From Thermoplasmata archaeon (lineage in GTDB: Archaea; Thermoplasmatota; UBA186; UBA287): a stretch of 64,000 bases of DNA. The notes beneath the pieces are model-generated. The model saw nothing but the letters and a program-made list of their open reading frames with translations, did not search any database and had not been told where the DNA came from. Within the stretch, counting starts at the first letter, position 1, and the number at the start of each line of letters is the position of its first letter. Position numbers and translations under genes: made by a program. Where the stretch lies: assembly GCA_011620765.1 (NCBI GenBank), contig WOYO01000082.1:8259-72258 (forward strand), read 5' to 3'. Shown one piece after another: positions 48,542-59,684 of this stretch.

Positions 48542-48571
48542 GGAATAAATATTTAACTGAAAAAATCAATA

Positions 48572-50503
48572 ATGGAGATTGAAATGGAAGAAACGATAGA
48601 AGAGTGGATAAAGCATCAGCAGTTTGAGACAACAGCAGAAATAGAGATACCACAACTTCAGGTGGATCAGGTTATAGGTCAGGAAGATGCTGTGGAGGTT
48701 GTGAAAAAAGCTGCATCGCAGAGAAGAAATGTCCTTCTGATAGGAGATCCTGGTACAGGAAAGAGCATGCTTGCCAGAGCGATGACCGAGCTTTTGCCCT
48801 CTGAAGAGCTGGAGGATATTATTGTTTATCCGAACCCTGAGGATCCAGACATGCCTAAGGTGAGAGTTGTACCTGCAGGAAAAGGGAGAGAAATAGTTGA
48901 CAGTTACAAGGAAAAGGCCCGTCAGGCAAGAGGCTCCAGGGACTGGATATTCACAACACTTATGGTTTTTACTGTTATCTTTTCGATCGTTGCTTTTGTG
49001 ATCTACCAGAGCATAGAGGTGATATTCATGGCTCTCATGATATTCCTAATGGTGATGTTGATGTCAAATTTCACCAGGAGAGGGCCTAACATGATGATAC
49101 CAAAGCTTCTTGTCTCTCACAAGCTTGGAGAAAAAGCGCCGTTTGTAGATGCTACGGGCTCGCGTTCTGGCGCTTTGCTGGGTGATGTGAGACATGATCC
49201 CTATCAGTCAGGTGGTCTGGAAACGCCAGCGCATGAGCGTGTTGAGCCTGGCGATATACACAGGGCTCATAAGGGTGTGTTGTACATAGATGAGATAGGC
49301 ACAATGGATCTTGACACCCAGCAGCATCTCTTAACTGCAATGCAGGAAAAGGAGTTTCCGATAACTGGCCAGAGCGAGAGGAGCGCTGGAGCGCTAGTAA
49401 AAACAGAGCCTGTGCCATGCGATTTTATACTGGTGGCTGCGGGAAACCTTCAAACGATAGAGCACCTGCATCCAGCGCTGCGCTCAAGGATAAAGGGTTA
49501 CGGCTACGAAGTTTACATGAATAGTGAAATGGACGATAGTGAGGAGAACAGAAGAAATCTTATACAATTTGTGGCCCAGGAAGTGGCAAAGGACAAAAAG
49601 ATCCCCCACTTCAAAAAAGAGGCTGTTGCCGAGATAATCAAAGAAGCGCAGAGAAGGGGAGGGAGAAAAGGAAAGCTAACTATGAGACTCAGGGAGCTCG
49701 GTGGGCTTGTGCGGGTTGCAGGCGATATTGCGGTGGAGCAGAAAAAGCAGTTTGTAGAACTTGAGGATGTCCTGAAAGCAAAGATGATAGCTAGGCCTCT
49801 GGAGCAGCAAGTGGTGGATAAGTATATAGAAAGGATGAATGACTACAGCACCATACGCACAGGAGGTGCAGAGATCGGCATAGTCAATGGCCTTGCGGTT
49901 ATGGGAAGTGATACAGGATTAAATGAGCTTTCAGGAATAGTTATGCCTATAGTCGCTGAAGTGACTCCTTCACAATCAAGTGAAGAGGGCAGGATAATAG
50001 CTACAGGTAAACTTGGGGAAATAGCAAAAGAAGCTGTGCAGAACGTTAGCGCTGTTATAAAAAAGATCGCAGGCAAAGATCTATCAAAGTATGACATACA
50101 CATTCAATTCATCGGAACTTATGAAGGCGTTGAGGGTGATAGTGCCAGCGTCTCCATAGCAACAGCCGTTATTTCCTCTCTGGAAAGCGTTCCGGTGGAT
50201 CAATCTATGGCAATGACTGGCTCACTCTCTGTGCGTGGAGAAATTTTGCCTGTTGGTGGGGTGAGTGCTAAGATAGAGGCAGCTATAAAGGCAGGGCTGA
50301 AGAAAGTTCTTATACCGGAAAGCAACATAAATGATGTGATGCTCGAATCAACATATGAGAACAGAATAGATATCATTCCTGTGAAGACGATAAAGGACGT
50401 GCTTGAAGCTTCTCTGGTTGGATCAAAGAAAAGAGGGATACTCAGCAGGATATCAAAGTTCTTGCCCACGATACAGCCTGACCTTCCAGTAACAAATCCT
50501 TAA
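48572..50503 (+). CDS. lonB: Membrane-bound ATP-dependent protease LonB
   Basis: GDPGTGKS, 2-TM insert, LYIDE, GDSAS (Ser), VGGVSAK (Lys). Confidence 0.96.
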   Translation: MEIEMEETIEEWIKHQQFETTAEIEIPQLQVDQVIGQEDAVEVVKKAASQRRNVLLIGDPGTGKSMLARAMTELLPSEELEDIIVYPNPEDPDMPKVRVVPAGKGREIVDSYKEKARQARGSRDWIFTTLMVFTVIFSIVAFVIYQSIEVIFMALMIFLMVMLMSNFTRRGPNMMIPKLLVSHKLGEKAPFVDATGSRSGALLGDVRHDPYQSGGLETPAHERVEPGDIHRAHKGVLYIDEIGTMDLDTQQHLLTAMQEKEFPITGQSERSAGALVKTEPVPCDFILVAAGNLQTIEHLHPALRSRIKGYGYEVYMNSEMDDSEENRRNLIQFVAQEVAKDKKIPHFKKEAVAEIIKEAQRRGGRKGKLTMRLRELGGLVRVAGDIAVEQKKQFVELEDVLKAKMIARPLEQQVVDKYIERMNDYSTIRTGGAEIGIVNGLAVMGSDTGLNELSGIVMPIVAEVTPSQSSEEGRIIATGKLGEIAKEAVQNVSAVIKKIAGKDLSKYDIHIQFIGTYEGVEGDSASVSIATAVISSLESVPVDQSMAMTGSLSVRGEILPVGGVSAKIEAAIKAGLKKVLIPESNINDVMLESTYENRIDIIPVKTIKDVLEASLVGSKKRGILSRISKFLPTIQPDLPVTNP

Positions 50504-50526
50504 ATAAGCGTTGATGCATTACCCAT

Positions 50527-50679
50527 ATGGCTAGATTTCCTGAAGCAACAGAGAGGGTTTTAAACAGGAAGGTTTGTATGAAATGCTCTGCCACAAACTC
50601 TGTTAGAGCAAAGAGATGCAGAAGGTGTGGTAGCAAAGAGTTGAGATTAAAGTCTAAAGAGATCAAGGCTAAAGGCTGA
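50527..50679 (+). CDS. rpl40e: 50S ribosomal protein L40e (50 aa, not in ORF track)
   Basis: [50 protein letters not shown]. Confidence 0.93.
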   Translation: MARFPEATERVLNRKVCMKCSATNSVRAKRCRRCGSKELRLKSKEIKAKG

Positions 50680-52244
50680 TGGTTACTCTTCACGTGCCTA
50701 TTGAGAAACTTTCCTTAAGCAAGCCTCAAATAGAGGAGGGCTTGAGGAACATTGGGTGCTCTATTGAAGGAGGAGGTATCGAAATAAACCCGAATAGGCC
50801 TGACCTCTTCTCAAGAATAGGTATAGAAAGAGCTCTGAAGCATTACTTTTTCAGGGAGCTTACGGATTACACGATTGAAAGGCCCAAAATAGAATGCTAC
50901 GCAGATGAGGTTGCTGTTAGACCATTCATAGTGTGTGCTGTGGTGAGGGGTGTGAGACTTGATGATGAAAATATAAGGGAGTTGATAGAGCTGCAAGAGC
51001 TTCTTCACCTTACCTTAGGGAGGAACAGACGATTTGCTGCGATAGGGCTGCATGATCTGGATGATGTATCACCACCTTTTTATTATAAAAGCGCACCGGA
51101 AAGCAGGAGTTTTACCCCTCTGGGGAGTTATAGAGAAATGAGCATAAAAGAGATCCTTGAAAAGAATGAGAAAGGAGCAGAATTCAAGCATCTTGTTGAG
51201 AATGATAAAAGGTTGTATCCTCTTCTTGAGGACGCTGAAGGAAAAGTTCTGTCAATGCCACCGATAATCAACGGTAACGTAACAGCACTCAAAGAATCAA
51301 CAAAGAATCTGTTCATTGATGTTACGGGAATAACAGAGCATGTGCCCTACACAGTTATAAACCTTTTAGTTTGTGACCTCCTTGATAGATTCAAAGACGC
51401 TAAAGCAGAGAAAGTCAGGGTGATAGGGAAGGAGACAGGAGAGTATCCTGATCTTACCAGAGTAAAATGGAGTATAAATTTAAGAGAGGCAGAAAGAATT
51501 ACAGGGATAAAGATGAGCACTGAAGAAGCAATAGATTCTTTAGAAAAGATGGGGCATATAGCATATGGCGATGGAAATGAAAAATTGTGCGTAGAGGTGC
51601 CATGTTACAGGAGCGATATAATGCACCCATACGATATATTTGAAGAGCTCGCTATTGGGTACGGCTATGGTAGAATAAAGGAAAAGCTGCCAGAGAGCTG
51701 GACCCCAGGGAAGAAAAGGTTCAGAACCAGAGATATACTGAGAGAGATATTTACAGGCATGGGCTTTATAGAGGCTACCACACTAAACCTGAGCTCTGAA
51801 GAAGAGCAGCTGGAGCTTATGAACTTAAAGACAAAAGAAACTGTTGAGATCCTGAACCCTGTCTCGAATCTATCCATACTCCGTTTCTGGCTCATACCCT
51901 CTCTGCTCTCAATACTCAGAGCTAATAAGCATAACCCGCTGCCGCAGAGGGTGTTTGAATGTGATCAGCTCTATGATAGAGAGCATGCTGCCTGCCTCAT
52001 AGAGAGCACCAGCGCAGACTTTAAGGAGATAAAATCTATATCTGAAGCCATATTCCATGCGCTCAACATTGAGGTTTCTTATTTGAGTGAATCTCACCCC
52101 TCCTTTATAAAAGGAAGGTGTGCCGTGATCGTTAAGGATAATGAAAAAGCAGGGATTATAGGAGAGCTGCACCCCTCAGTGCTGAGAAACTTTCAGCTTG
52201 AAACACCCGTGTGCGCTTTAGAGTTGTGGGGGTTGCAAGAATGA
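50679..52244 (+). CDS. pheT: Phenylalanine--tRNA ligase beta subunit
   Basis: PNRPDL, IGLHDLD, SMPPIING, RSDIMHPYDIFEE, GELHP. Confidence 0.95.
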   Translation: MVTLHVPIEKLSLSKPQIEEGLRNIGCSIEGGGIEINPNRPDLFSRIGIERALKHYFFRELTDYTIERPKIECYADEVAVRPFIVCAVVRGVRLDDENIRELIELQELLHLTLGRNRRFAAIGLHDLDDVSPPFYYKSAPESRSFTPLGSYREMSIKEILEKNEKGAEFKHLVENDKRLYPLLEDAEGKVLSMPPIINGNVTALKESTKNLFIDVTGITEHVPYTVINLLVCDLLDRFKDAKAEKVRVIGKETGEYPDLTRVKWSINLREAERITGIKMSTEEAIDSLEKMGHIAYGDGNEKLCVEVPCYRSDIMHPYDIFEELAIGYGYGRIKEKLPESWTPGKKRFRTRDILREIFTGMGFIEATTLNLSSEEEQLELMNLKTKETVEILNPVSNLSILRFWLIPSLLSILRANKHNPLPQRVFECDQLYDREHAACLIESTSADFKEIKSISEAIFHALNIEVSYLSESHPSFIKGRCAVIVKDNEKAGIIGELHPSVLRNFQLETPVCALELWGLQE

Positions 52245-52876
52245 AGGTGAATGTGATAGAGACGCCGTTAATACTGCATGAGCTTACAAAGATAAGGGAT
52301 AGGCACACAGGGGGCATAGCTTTCAGAAAAGGCTTAACCCATATAGGAAGATACTTTGGTTATGAGATAACAAAGAGCTTTGCTTATAAAGAAAAGGAGG
52401 TGGATACACCGTTGGGAGCGGCAAAGGGTATAGAGATAGAGGACATGAAAAATGTGCTCATGGTTAATGTCCTCAGAGCCTCAATGCCTCTGGTTGATGG
52501 TTTCCTCAAGGTTTTTCCTGATGCAAGGGTTGGGATAGTAAGCGCTTTCCGTGGTTCCCCACCGAATTTTGAGATAAGCATCGATTACATTCGCGTTCCA
52601 AAGATAAAAAAGGAGGATATAGTCATTGTCGCGGATCCCATGGTCGCAACAGGGTCAACTATGATAAGGGTTCTCAGAGAGCTTAAGCGATTTGGGGAAC
52701 CAAAGAGAGAGATCATTGCATGCGTGATAACAACACAATACGCGATAGAGAGGCTTGAGAATGAATATCCCAGCGTAGAGCTATACACCGCAGCCATAGA
52801 TCCAGAGATTGATGAGCATGGCTACATAATCCCAGGCCTGGGAGATGCTGGGGATAGGGCTTTTTCAAAGGCTTAA
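52241..52876 (+). CDS. upp: Uracil phosphoribosyltransferase
   Basis: VLRA, DPMVATGST, YIIPGLGDAGDR. Confidence 0.95.
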   Translation: MKVNVIETPLILHELTKIRDRHTGGIAFRKGLTHIGRYFGYEITKSFAYKEKEVDTPLGAAKGIEIEDMKNVLMVNVLRASMPLVDGFLKVFPDARVGIVSAFRGSPPNFEISIDYIRVPKIKKEDIVIVADPMVATGSTMIRVLRELKRFGEPKREIIACVITTQYAIERLENEYPSVELYTAAIDPEIDEHGYIIPGLGDAGDRAFSKA

Positions 52877-53440
52877 GATCAGAGAGATGACCAGGCCTAT
52901 AAAAATGAAAAGAATAAAAGGTATTTTTGGGGTTACAAGAGTTTTTGCTCCTTCCTTTTTATAGACCCAATATTTCCTTTCATCAAATTCTTCTTTTTCT
53001 ATAGCTAAGAAAGCATCCGGCAGCTTTCTCATGCCATTTTTCATGTTGTATATGAAAAGAGCTAATGGCACCATCAGCGCAGCGAGAGAGGCAATCAGAA
53101 GCACGGAAAGTGAAAAAAAGATGGGATAGCTCTTAACTGGCCATTCTGGCATCATTATTGAGAGGGAGATCAACGCCTTTGCATCAGCTCCGCCATAGAG
53201 GCCATGTTTAAAACCAAAGCGTTGAAGAAAAAGCCCCATATAGTAGAGAAGTAAAGCAAAAAGAGACATAAAGACTATGGAGACAGCAGTATAAGCATTC
53301 AGACGGGGGATAAGAAGAGGAATAGCTATCAGCACCATTATTCTCCATACCCAGTTGCTAACTCTTCTGCTTTTTATGTCTGAGTATGTGGCGTATCCTA
53401 AAAAGACTATGGAGACTATAACAGCAATAAGGTCTATCAT
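52865..53440 (-). CDS. A24-family prepilin/preflagellin peptidase (FlaK/PibD-like)
   Basis: YSDIKSRRVSN, YGGADAK, TPKIPF. Confidence 0.88.
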   Translation of the reverse strand: MIDLIAVIVSIVFLGYATYSDIKSRRVSNWVWRIMVLIAIPLLIPRLNAYTAVSIVFMSLFALLLYYMGLFLQRFGFKHGLYGGADAKALISLSIMMPEWPVKSYPIFFSLSVLLIASLAALMVPLALFIYNMKNGMRKLPDAFLAIEKEEFDERKYWVYKKEGAKTLVTPKIPFILFIFIGLVISLILSL

Positions 53441-53497
53441 AAAAAAAGAAAGGTGTTAGGGGTTTCTATCCTTTACGGTTTTTATAACATCAGTGAT

Positions 53498-54772
53498 CTA
53501 TGGAAATACTCCCCTGACCTTTATTGCATCAGCTATCCGCTCTATTGCCAGTATGTATGCAGCATCTCTCATTCCAACCTTGTGCTCTTCAGAGTATTGC
53601 AGGCAGTCATAGAAGCTTTCGAGCATTATTGCTTCAAGCTTTTCATTAACCTCCGCTTCTTTCCAGTATAAGCTTTCCCTGTTCTGAACCCACTCAAAGT
53701 AGCTAACTGTGACCCCACCTGCATTTGCCAGGATATCCGGAACTATGAAAACTCCCTTTTCTAGAAGGATCTTTTCGCCTTCAGGTGTTGTCGGCCCGTT
53801 GGCGCCCTCAACAATAATGGGCGCTTTAATAACGTCAGCATTTGAGCTGGTGATCTGGTTTTCTTTAGCTGCAGGTATAAGAACATCGCACTCCAATGAA
53901 AACAGATCTTTCTCATTTATCTCTTCAGCCTTCGGATATCCTTTTATCATCATTTTGTTTTTGAGGGCGTATTCATAGAGATCATAGGGATCTATGCCCT
54001 CATTATTATAGAGCGCACCCGATATGTCGCTTATCCCTACTATCTTTACCCCATTATCGTGCAGAAGCTTTGCCGTCCATGATCCAACGTTTCCAAAGCC
54101 CTGGACCACCGCTCTAGCTCCTTTTTCGTTTATTCCTTTTTTCTTCAGAGCCTCACGTGTGCAGAACATAACGCCTCTTCCGGTAGCACTGGTTCTACCC
54201 CGGCTTCCTCCAACCCTGATTGGTTTGCCCGTAACTGCGCCATAATTATCATATCCTTTAAGCATGGAATAGGTATCCATCATCCATGCCATTATCTGTC
54301 CATCCGTCCCAATATCAGGAGCTGGTATATCCTTTTCCGGGCCTATTATGGGGACTATTTCATAAGTAAATCTCCTGGTGATCCTCTCTTTTTCTCCATC
54401 TGAAAGGAGTGTAGGATCACAGGTTACTCCGCCCTTTGCGCCTCCATACGGTATATTGACAACAGCGCACTTTATGGTCATCCATGTAGCTAAAGCTCTA
54501 ACCTCATCCATATTAACATCAGGTGCAAATCTGATGCCCCCCTTCGCAGGGCCTCTCGCTGTATTGTGCTGCACCCTGTATCCTGTGAAGATCCTGACGC
54601 TTCCATCATCCATTTTTACAGGGAAATTTACACAGAGCTCCTTCTCACAGTGCTTTAGCCAGGTCTTTACTCCATCATCCACCGAGATGTGTTCGCATGC
54701 TCTGTCTATCTGCTTCTTCGCATTTTCATATGGGTTTAGCTCTCCTGCCCCTACCATGTTTTCACCGAACAT
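53498..54772 (-). CDS. gdhA: Glutamate dehydrogenase
   Basis: GPAKGGIRF, GGAKGG, IPAPD, QGFGNVG, EGANGP, ANAGGV. Confidence 0.96.
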   Translation of the reverse strand: MFGENMVGAGELNPYENAKKQIDRACEHISVDDGVKTWLKHCEKELCVNFPVKMDDGSVRIFTGYRVQHNTARGPAKGGIRFAPDVNMDEVRALATWMTIKCAVVNIPYGGAKGGVTCDPTLLSDGEKERITRRFTYEIVPIIGPEKDIPAPDIGTDGQIMAWMMDTYSMLKGYDNYGAVTGKPIRVGGSRGRTSATGRGVMFCTREALKKKGINEKGARAVVQGFGNVGSWTAKLLHDNGVKIVGISDISGALYNNEGIDPYDLYEYALKNKMMIKGYPKAEEINEKDLFSLECDVLIPAAKENQITSSNADVIKAPIIVEGANGPTTPEGEKILLEKGVFIVPDILANAGGVTVSYFEWVQNRESLYWKEAEVNEKLEAIMLESFYDCLQYSEEHKVGMRDAAYILAIERIADAIKVRGVFP

Positions 54773-54848
54773 AATCGGTTTATGCTCTTAAATACTTTTC
54801 CCGTATACAAAAGAGCAAAAGAAAAAAGATCATAGAGCAATAAAGGAT

Positions 54849-55937
54849 ATGCGCTGTCCTGTATGCACAAAGCTCTATGGAGGAAACAGCTCAGAGACAG
54901 AGGAAGAGAATGAGGAGTGTGAGATCTGTGAGGACATAGGTATAGGCGTAAGAGATCTCATAGATGCGATGCTTGAAGCCTCCATGGATTATGAATTTTC
55001 AACATTCTCTCTCGGAACAAAGATATACAGAGAAATAGAGGAGAGAGAGAAAGCGCTGGGCGCCGAGGGGAAATTCAAGAGGGAGATAAATGAGGTGCTG
55101 AGAAACGCTTTTGAAGATGCTTCCGGGAAAAGTTACGTATCTGAAGGTGAAGAGCTCTACTTTCTGGTTGACTCAAGATTTAATTGGGTCAAGCTGACCT
55201 CAAGATCTGTGTTCATATACGGGCGCTACAATAAGTTTTCAAGAGAGCTCCCCCAGACAAAGAAGATCTGCACCAGATGCCTGGGTAGAGGATGCTATTA
55301 TTGCAATGGCAAAGGAAAACTGTTCGATGAGAGCGTAGAAGAGATCATTGCACAAACTTTTATAAAGCATTTCAAAGCGGAGTCTACCAAGTTTCATGGT
55401 ATGGGGAGGGAGGACATAGACGTAAGGATGCTTGATGAAGGGAGGCCTTTTGTGATAGAGCTGGTTGAGCCAAAAATAAGATGCGTTGATCTCAATGCTC
55501 TAGAAAATGAGGTTAATGTGAGCGATAAGGTAAAGATAAGAGATCTCGCCTACTCAGATTTCACAGAGGTTGTAAGAATAAAATCCGCAAAACCGGATAA
55601 GGTCTATGTTGCAGAGATTATGTTTGATAGAGAGGTAGAGGAAAGAGAGCTCCAGAGAGCTTTAGCATACCTGGAAAACAGGGAGGTGCACCAGCGCACA
55701 CCGTTGAGGGTGGTTATGAGAAGGAGCGATATTGTAAGGATTAGAAGAGTAAAAAAGGTAGAGCTTTTGGAATTTTCTGGAACAAAGGCAGAAATAAAGA
55801 TTGAAGCTGAAAGCGGAACATATATTAAGGAGCTAATCCATGGGGATAAGGGTAGGACCGTACCCAGCCTCTCATCTCTGCTAGGTTGTGAATGCAGGGT
55901 TGAGGCTCTGGATGTCACAAAAATAGAACTCATGTAG
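54849..55937 (+). CDS. pus10: tRNA pseudouridine(54/55) synthase Pus10
   Basis: GRYNK..RELPQT, GREDIDVRM, QRTP.RV, GTYIKEL.HGD.GRT.PSL. Confidence 0.94.
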   Translation: MRCPVCTKLYGGNSSETEEENEECEICEDIGIGVRDLIDAMLEASMDYEFSTFSLGTKIYREIEEREKALGAEGKFKREINEVLRNAFEDASGKSYVSEGEELYFLVDSRFNWVKLTSRSVFIYGRYNKFSRELPQTKKICTRCLGRGCYYCNGKGKLFDESVEEIIAQTFIKHFKAESTKFHGMGREDIDVRMLDEGRPFVIELVEPKIRCVDLNALENEVNVSDKVKIRDLAYSDFTEVVRIKSAKPDKVYVAEIMFDREVEERELQRALAYLENREVHQRTPLRVVMRRSDIVRIRRVKKVELLEFSGTKAEIKIEAESGTYIKELIHGDKGRTVPSLSSLLGCECRVEALDVTKIELM

Positions 55938-55971
55938 GAGGAGAGTACACCAAAGGAAAGGAGGAGTAAGT

Positions 55972-56262
55972 ATGCCAAAGATGTCGCATGGTAAAAAAGC
56001 AAACACTAGAAAACTGCTCACTAAAAAGAAGAGCGAGAAGAGTAAAAACCTTGTAAGCAAAATGCTGCAGAAGTTTGAAGAAGGAGAGAGCGTATTCATA
56101 GATCTTGAACCAAGCGTAGAGAGTGGAATGCCATTCCGCAGGTTTAATGGTTTACAGGGTAAAGTTGTAGGGAAACAGGGTAGATGCTATCTGGTAGAAG
56201 TGAAATGCGGCAATAAGATAAAAACTGTTCTTGCAGGGCCTGCGCACATGAAAAGGTTGTGA
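55972..56262 (+). CDS. rpl21e: 50S ribosomal protein L21e
   Basis: SHG...TRKLL, GMPFRRFNG, PAHM. Confidence 0.93.
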   Translation: MPKMSHGKKANTRKLLTKKKSEKSKNLVSKMLQKFEEGESVFIDLEPSVESGMPFRRFNGLQGKVVGKQGRCYLVEVKCGNKIKTVLAGPAHMKRL

Positions 56263-56266
56263 GAGA

Positions 56267-56587
56267 ATGAAAGTCTCAAAGGAAGGTCGCTACCTTGCAT
56301 TAGCAGAGGTAAAAGAATTGCTGGGGGAAGAAGCGCTCAAGGACGTACAGAAGCTTGCTCTTGAGCACGCTAAGGAATTCAGTAAACTAGGAGTTAAAGA
56401 AGCAAAAGCGCTAACAAAAGAGCTCTCAGAGCTGGATCTTCCCGAGAACATCGTGTGTAAAATAGTAGATATATTGCCCCAGGACACAGATACAATAATA
56501 ACAATACTCTCAACTGAAAAGAGCAGAATAAAGGAGGATCTGATAAATAAGGTCCTCGAGATCGTTTCAGGGTATACGAAGGAGTGA
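56267..56587 (+). CDS. rpoF: RNA polymerase subunit F (Rpo4)
   Basis: LAEVKELL, LEHAKEFSK, KIVDILP; conserved L21e-rpoF-DUF655 synteny. Confidence 0.9.
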   Translation: MKVSKEGRYLALAEVKELLGEEALKDVQKLALEHAKEFSKLGVKEAKALTKELSELDLPENIVCKIVDILPQDTDTIITILSTEKSRIKEDLINKVLEIVSGYTKE

Positions 56588-56590
56588 GAA

Positions 56591-57130
56591 ATGGAAGAAT
56601 CCGCCTTCGTCCTTGACTATCTCCCAGAGGGGAGACCGAGCACAAGTTTCAGGAGAATGATGGAGCCTATAGCTTACGTTATAGGCAGGGATGAATTCAA
56701 GCTGTTTGAGGTGTCTCTGAGATCTACAGTAGAGATCGGAGAAAAGCTCTACATTGGAAAAGAGAAATCAAAAAGGAAAAAGGTGAACAGGATCCTGAGA
56801 AGGGTTAGATATGATGAACTCACAGGCTCTGCAAAGGACGAGCTACCCCATGTGCTTGAACAGATAGTTAAAGAGAGGGAGAGCTTTTTTATAAATTTTA
56901 TAAACAGGGCAGGACCAATAACAACAAGGTTTCATTCTCTGGAGCTATTACCAGGATTCGGAAAAAAGATGATGTGGAGCGTTATAGAAGAGAGAGAAAG
57001 AAAGCCATTTGAGAGCTTTGAGGATCTTGCACAGAGGAGTGATCTGAAAAATCCGGAAAAGGTCTTTGCTAAAAGGATAGAGGATGAGCTATCTGGCAAG
57101 GAAAACAAATATATTCTGTTTGTCAAATAG
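56591..57130 (+). CDS. DUF655 RNA-binding protein
   Basis: VLDYLPEG, HSLELLPG.GKK, KPFESFED. Confidence 0.9.
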   Translation: MEESAFVLDYLPEGRPSTSFRRMMEPIAYVIGRDEFKLFEVSLRSTVEIGEKLYIGKEKSKRKKVNRILRRVRYDELTGSAKDELPHVLEQIVKERESFFINFINRAGPITTRFHSLELLPGFGKKMMWSVIEERERKPFESFEDLAQRSDLKNPEKVFAKRIEDELSGKENKYILFVK

Positions 57131-57191
57131 GGATATCGGGACTTTCTATTCTATATAGAAAAGTATATTCTTTTTAAAAACGATTGAATCT

Positions 57192-58082
57192 GTGGAGAAG
57201 TTCAGGATCTTTACGGCGGTCTTTGCCCTTTCTCTGACTGCTCTCGCAATGCTGCTTCTCACACAACTTATAATATCTTCATTACCCGTAATGGAGACGT
57301 TTGGATTTCGATTCGTAATAGAGAGCGTATGGGATCCTGTAAAGGAGGTTTTCGGGGCTCTTCCCTTTATATATGGTACCCTTGTGACATCATTTATAGC
57401 CCTGCTGATCGCTGTGCCCTTAAGCATCGGTGCTGCTGTTTTTCTCACGCAATACATCTCTCCCAAATTATCGTATGTGCTCTCTTTTCTCATAGAGATA
57501 ATAGCAGCCATACCTAGTGTTGTCATAGGTCTATGGGGTATATTCGTGCTCATCCCTTTTATAAGAGAAGAGGTAGGCCCCTTCCTTATAGAATACCTTG
57601 GTTTTATACCAGTATTCCAGGGGCCTGTGTATGGTCCATCTATCCTTACAGGAGCGCTGATATTGACGATAATGATAGTACCGATAATTACCTCAATGAC
57701 AAAGGATGCCATAAACACTGTACCGATCCTTCAAAGAGAGGGAATGATAGCCCTGGGTGCTACCAGGTGGGAGGTGATCACAAAGGTAACGCTACCTTAT
57801 GCAAGACCCGGGATCATAGGAGGGGTGATGCTGGGTCTCGGTAGAGCGATCGGTGAAACGATGGCAATAACTATGGTTATAGGTAACGCTCCCGAGATAC
57901 CCGCATCTCTTTTAGCACCAGGCGATACGCTCGCAAGTGTGATAGCGAATCAGTTCAGCGAAGCAACCTCTGCGCTCCATGAATCTGCATTGATAGAGCT
58001 CGGGCTCATACTATTTATCATCACTATAGTAATAAACATATGCGCTAGGCTTATCCTCAGAAGGGAGGTGGCCAGGGGATGA
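57192..58082 (+). CDS. pstC: Phosphate ABC transporter permease PstC
   Basis: WDP..FGAL.FIYGT, IPSVV.GLWG, LGRAIGETMA. Confidence 0.93.
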   Translation: MEKFRIFTAVFALSLTALAMLLLTQLIISSLPVMETFGFRFVIESVWDPVKEVFGALPFIYGTLVTSFIALLIAVPLSIGAAVFLTQYISPKLSYVLSFLIEIIAAIPSVVIGLWGIFVLIPFIREEVGPFLIEYLGFIPVFQGPVYGPSILTGALILTIMIVPIITSMTKDAINTVPILQREGMIALGATRWEVITKVTLPYARPGIIGGVMLGLGRAIGETMAITMVIGNAPEIPASLLAPGDTLASVIANQFSEATSALHESALIELGLILFIITIVINICARLILRREVARG

Positions 58083-58903
58083 CAAGTCTTGGGGTTAGAA
58101 GAATAAAAGGGTACCTCATGCTGATCCTTGTGGCTGTAGCCTTCATAATCATAATGATCCCCCTCATAAGCATGCTATACATGATAATAAAGGAGGGTAT
58201 TGGTATTTTAAGCTGGGAGTTTCTTACAGCTCTTCCGAAACCGCCTGGTGAGGCAGGAGGGGGGATAGGGAATGCGATACAGGGAAGTCTGATGATGGTA
58301 GCCCTGGCTTCAATGATCTCTATACCAATCTCAATCTTTGCAGCCATGTATATATCTGAGTATGGAGGAAAGCTCTCCACAATCACAGAATTTATAGCAG
58401 AAGTCCTCAGTGGCACCCCCTCCATAATTGCTGGTATATTTATATATACGCTTATAGTTCTAAGAATAGGCTTTTCTGCTTTAGCTGGGGCGCTGGCTCT
58501 CTCGGTGCTTATGATACCCACCGTTACCATAGCGTCATATGAGAGTTTGAAGGCTGTTCCCAGGAGTATAAGGGAAGCAGCGATAGCTCTTGGCGTGCCA
58601 AAGTGGAGAGCTTCCCTCTTCGTTATTTTGAGAAGTGCGATGGTTGGCATAGGAACTGGGGTTATCCTCGGGGTAGCACGCATATTTGGAGAAACTGCAC
58701 CACTTCTGTTCACAGCTCTTGGAAACATGTACTGGAATGAGGGTCTATTGGAGCCAACCGCAGCCCTCCCATTGCTCATATATAACTATGCTACCTCACC
58801 CTATAAAAGCTGGCAGACGCAAGCCTGGGGTGCTGCACTGGTGCTTCTTGTGATCGTACTATTGTTGAACATTGGAGTCAGGATTATAGCGAGGAAAAGA
58901 TGA
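58079..58903 (+). CDS. pstA: Phosphate ABC transporter permease PstA
   Basis: [25 protein letters not shown]. Confidence 0.93.
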   Translation: MTSLGVRRIKGYLMLILVAVAFIIIMIPLISMLYMIIKEGIGILSWEFLTALPKPPGEAGGGIGNAIQGSLMMVALASMISIPISIFAAMYISEYGGKLSTITEFIAEVLSGTPSIIAGIFIYTLIVLRIGFSALAGALALSVLMIPTVTIASYESLKAVPRSIREAAIALGVPKWRASLFVILRSAMVGIGTGVILGVARIFGETAPLLFTALGNMYWNEGLLEPTAALPLLIYNYATSPYKSWQTQAWGAALVLLVIVLLLNIGVRIIARKR

Positions 58904-59652
58904 GCACAAAGATAAGAATAAAGAGCCTTAATGGATGGTTCGGCGAAAAGCAGGTGCTGAAGGATATAAACTTGGACATAGAAGAAAACAGCATAACCGC
59001 AATAATAGGTCCGAGCGGATGCGGCAAAACTACGCTTATAAGATGCATAAACAGGATGCATGAAGTAACTCCCGGGGCCAGAGTAGAGGGTAGCGTTTTG
59101 CTCGATGAGCAGGATATATATAAAGAGGACCCAGTTAAGGTTAGAGAGAGGATTGGCATGGTTTTTCAGAGGCCAAACCCATTTCCAACAATGAGCGTTC
59201 TGGAAAACGCGGTTGCTGGTTTGAAGCTAAAGGGCATAAGAAACAGGAAGCTTCTTGCCGAAAAGGCTGAAGAGGTGATTAAGGCAGTCGGGCTATGGGA
59301 CGAGGTAAAAAATGAGCTGAACAAGCCAGGCACAAGCCTGAGCGGTGGACAGCAACAGCGCCTGTGCATAGCCAGAGCCCTTGCTGTGGAGCCGGAGGTG
59401 CTTTTGATGGATGAGCCAGCTTCAGCTTTGGATCCTGTATCAACTATGCGCCTGGAGGATCTGATCTACGAGTTAAAGAAGGAGTACACGATTGTTATAG
59501 TAACGCACAACATGCAGCAGGCAGCCAGGGTAAGTGATTACACAGCCTTTCTGTACATGGGAGAGCTCATAGAGTATAGTAACACAAAAGAGCTCTTCGA
59601 GAGGCCAAAGAATGATCTGACAGAAAGGTATATAAGTGGAAGATTCGGTTGA
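58900..59652 (+). CDS. pstB: Phosphate ABC transporter ATPase PstB
   Basis: [38 protein letters not shown]. Confidence 0.96.
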   Translation: MSTKIRIKSLNGWFGEKQVLKDINLDIEENSITAIIGPSGCGKTTLIRCINRMHEVTPGARVEGSVLLDEQDIYKEDPVKVRERIGMVFQRPNPFPTMSVLENAVAGLKLKGIRNRKLLAEKAEEVIKAVGLWDEVKNELNKPGTSLSGGQQQRLCIARALAVEPEVLLMDEPASALDPVSTMRLEDLIYELKKEYTIVIVTHNMQQAARVSDYTAFLYMGELIEYSNTKELFERPKNDLTERYISGRFG

Positions 59653-59684
59653 TAAAGGTAAAAATGTCGATAAAGAGGTGAAGT

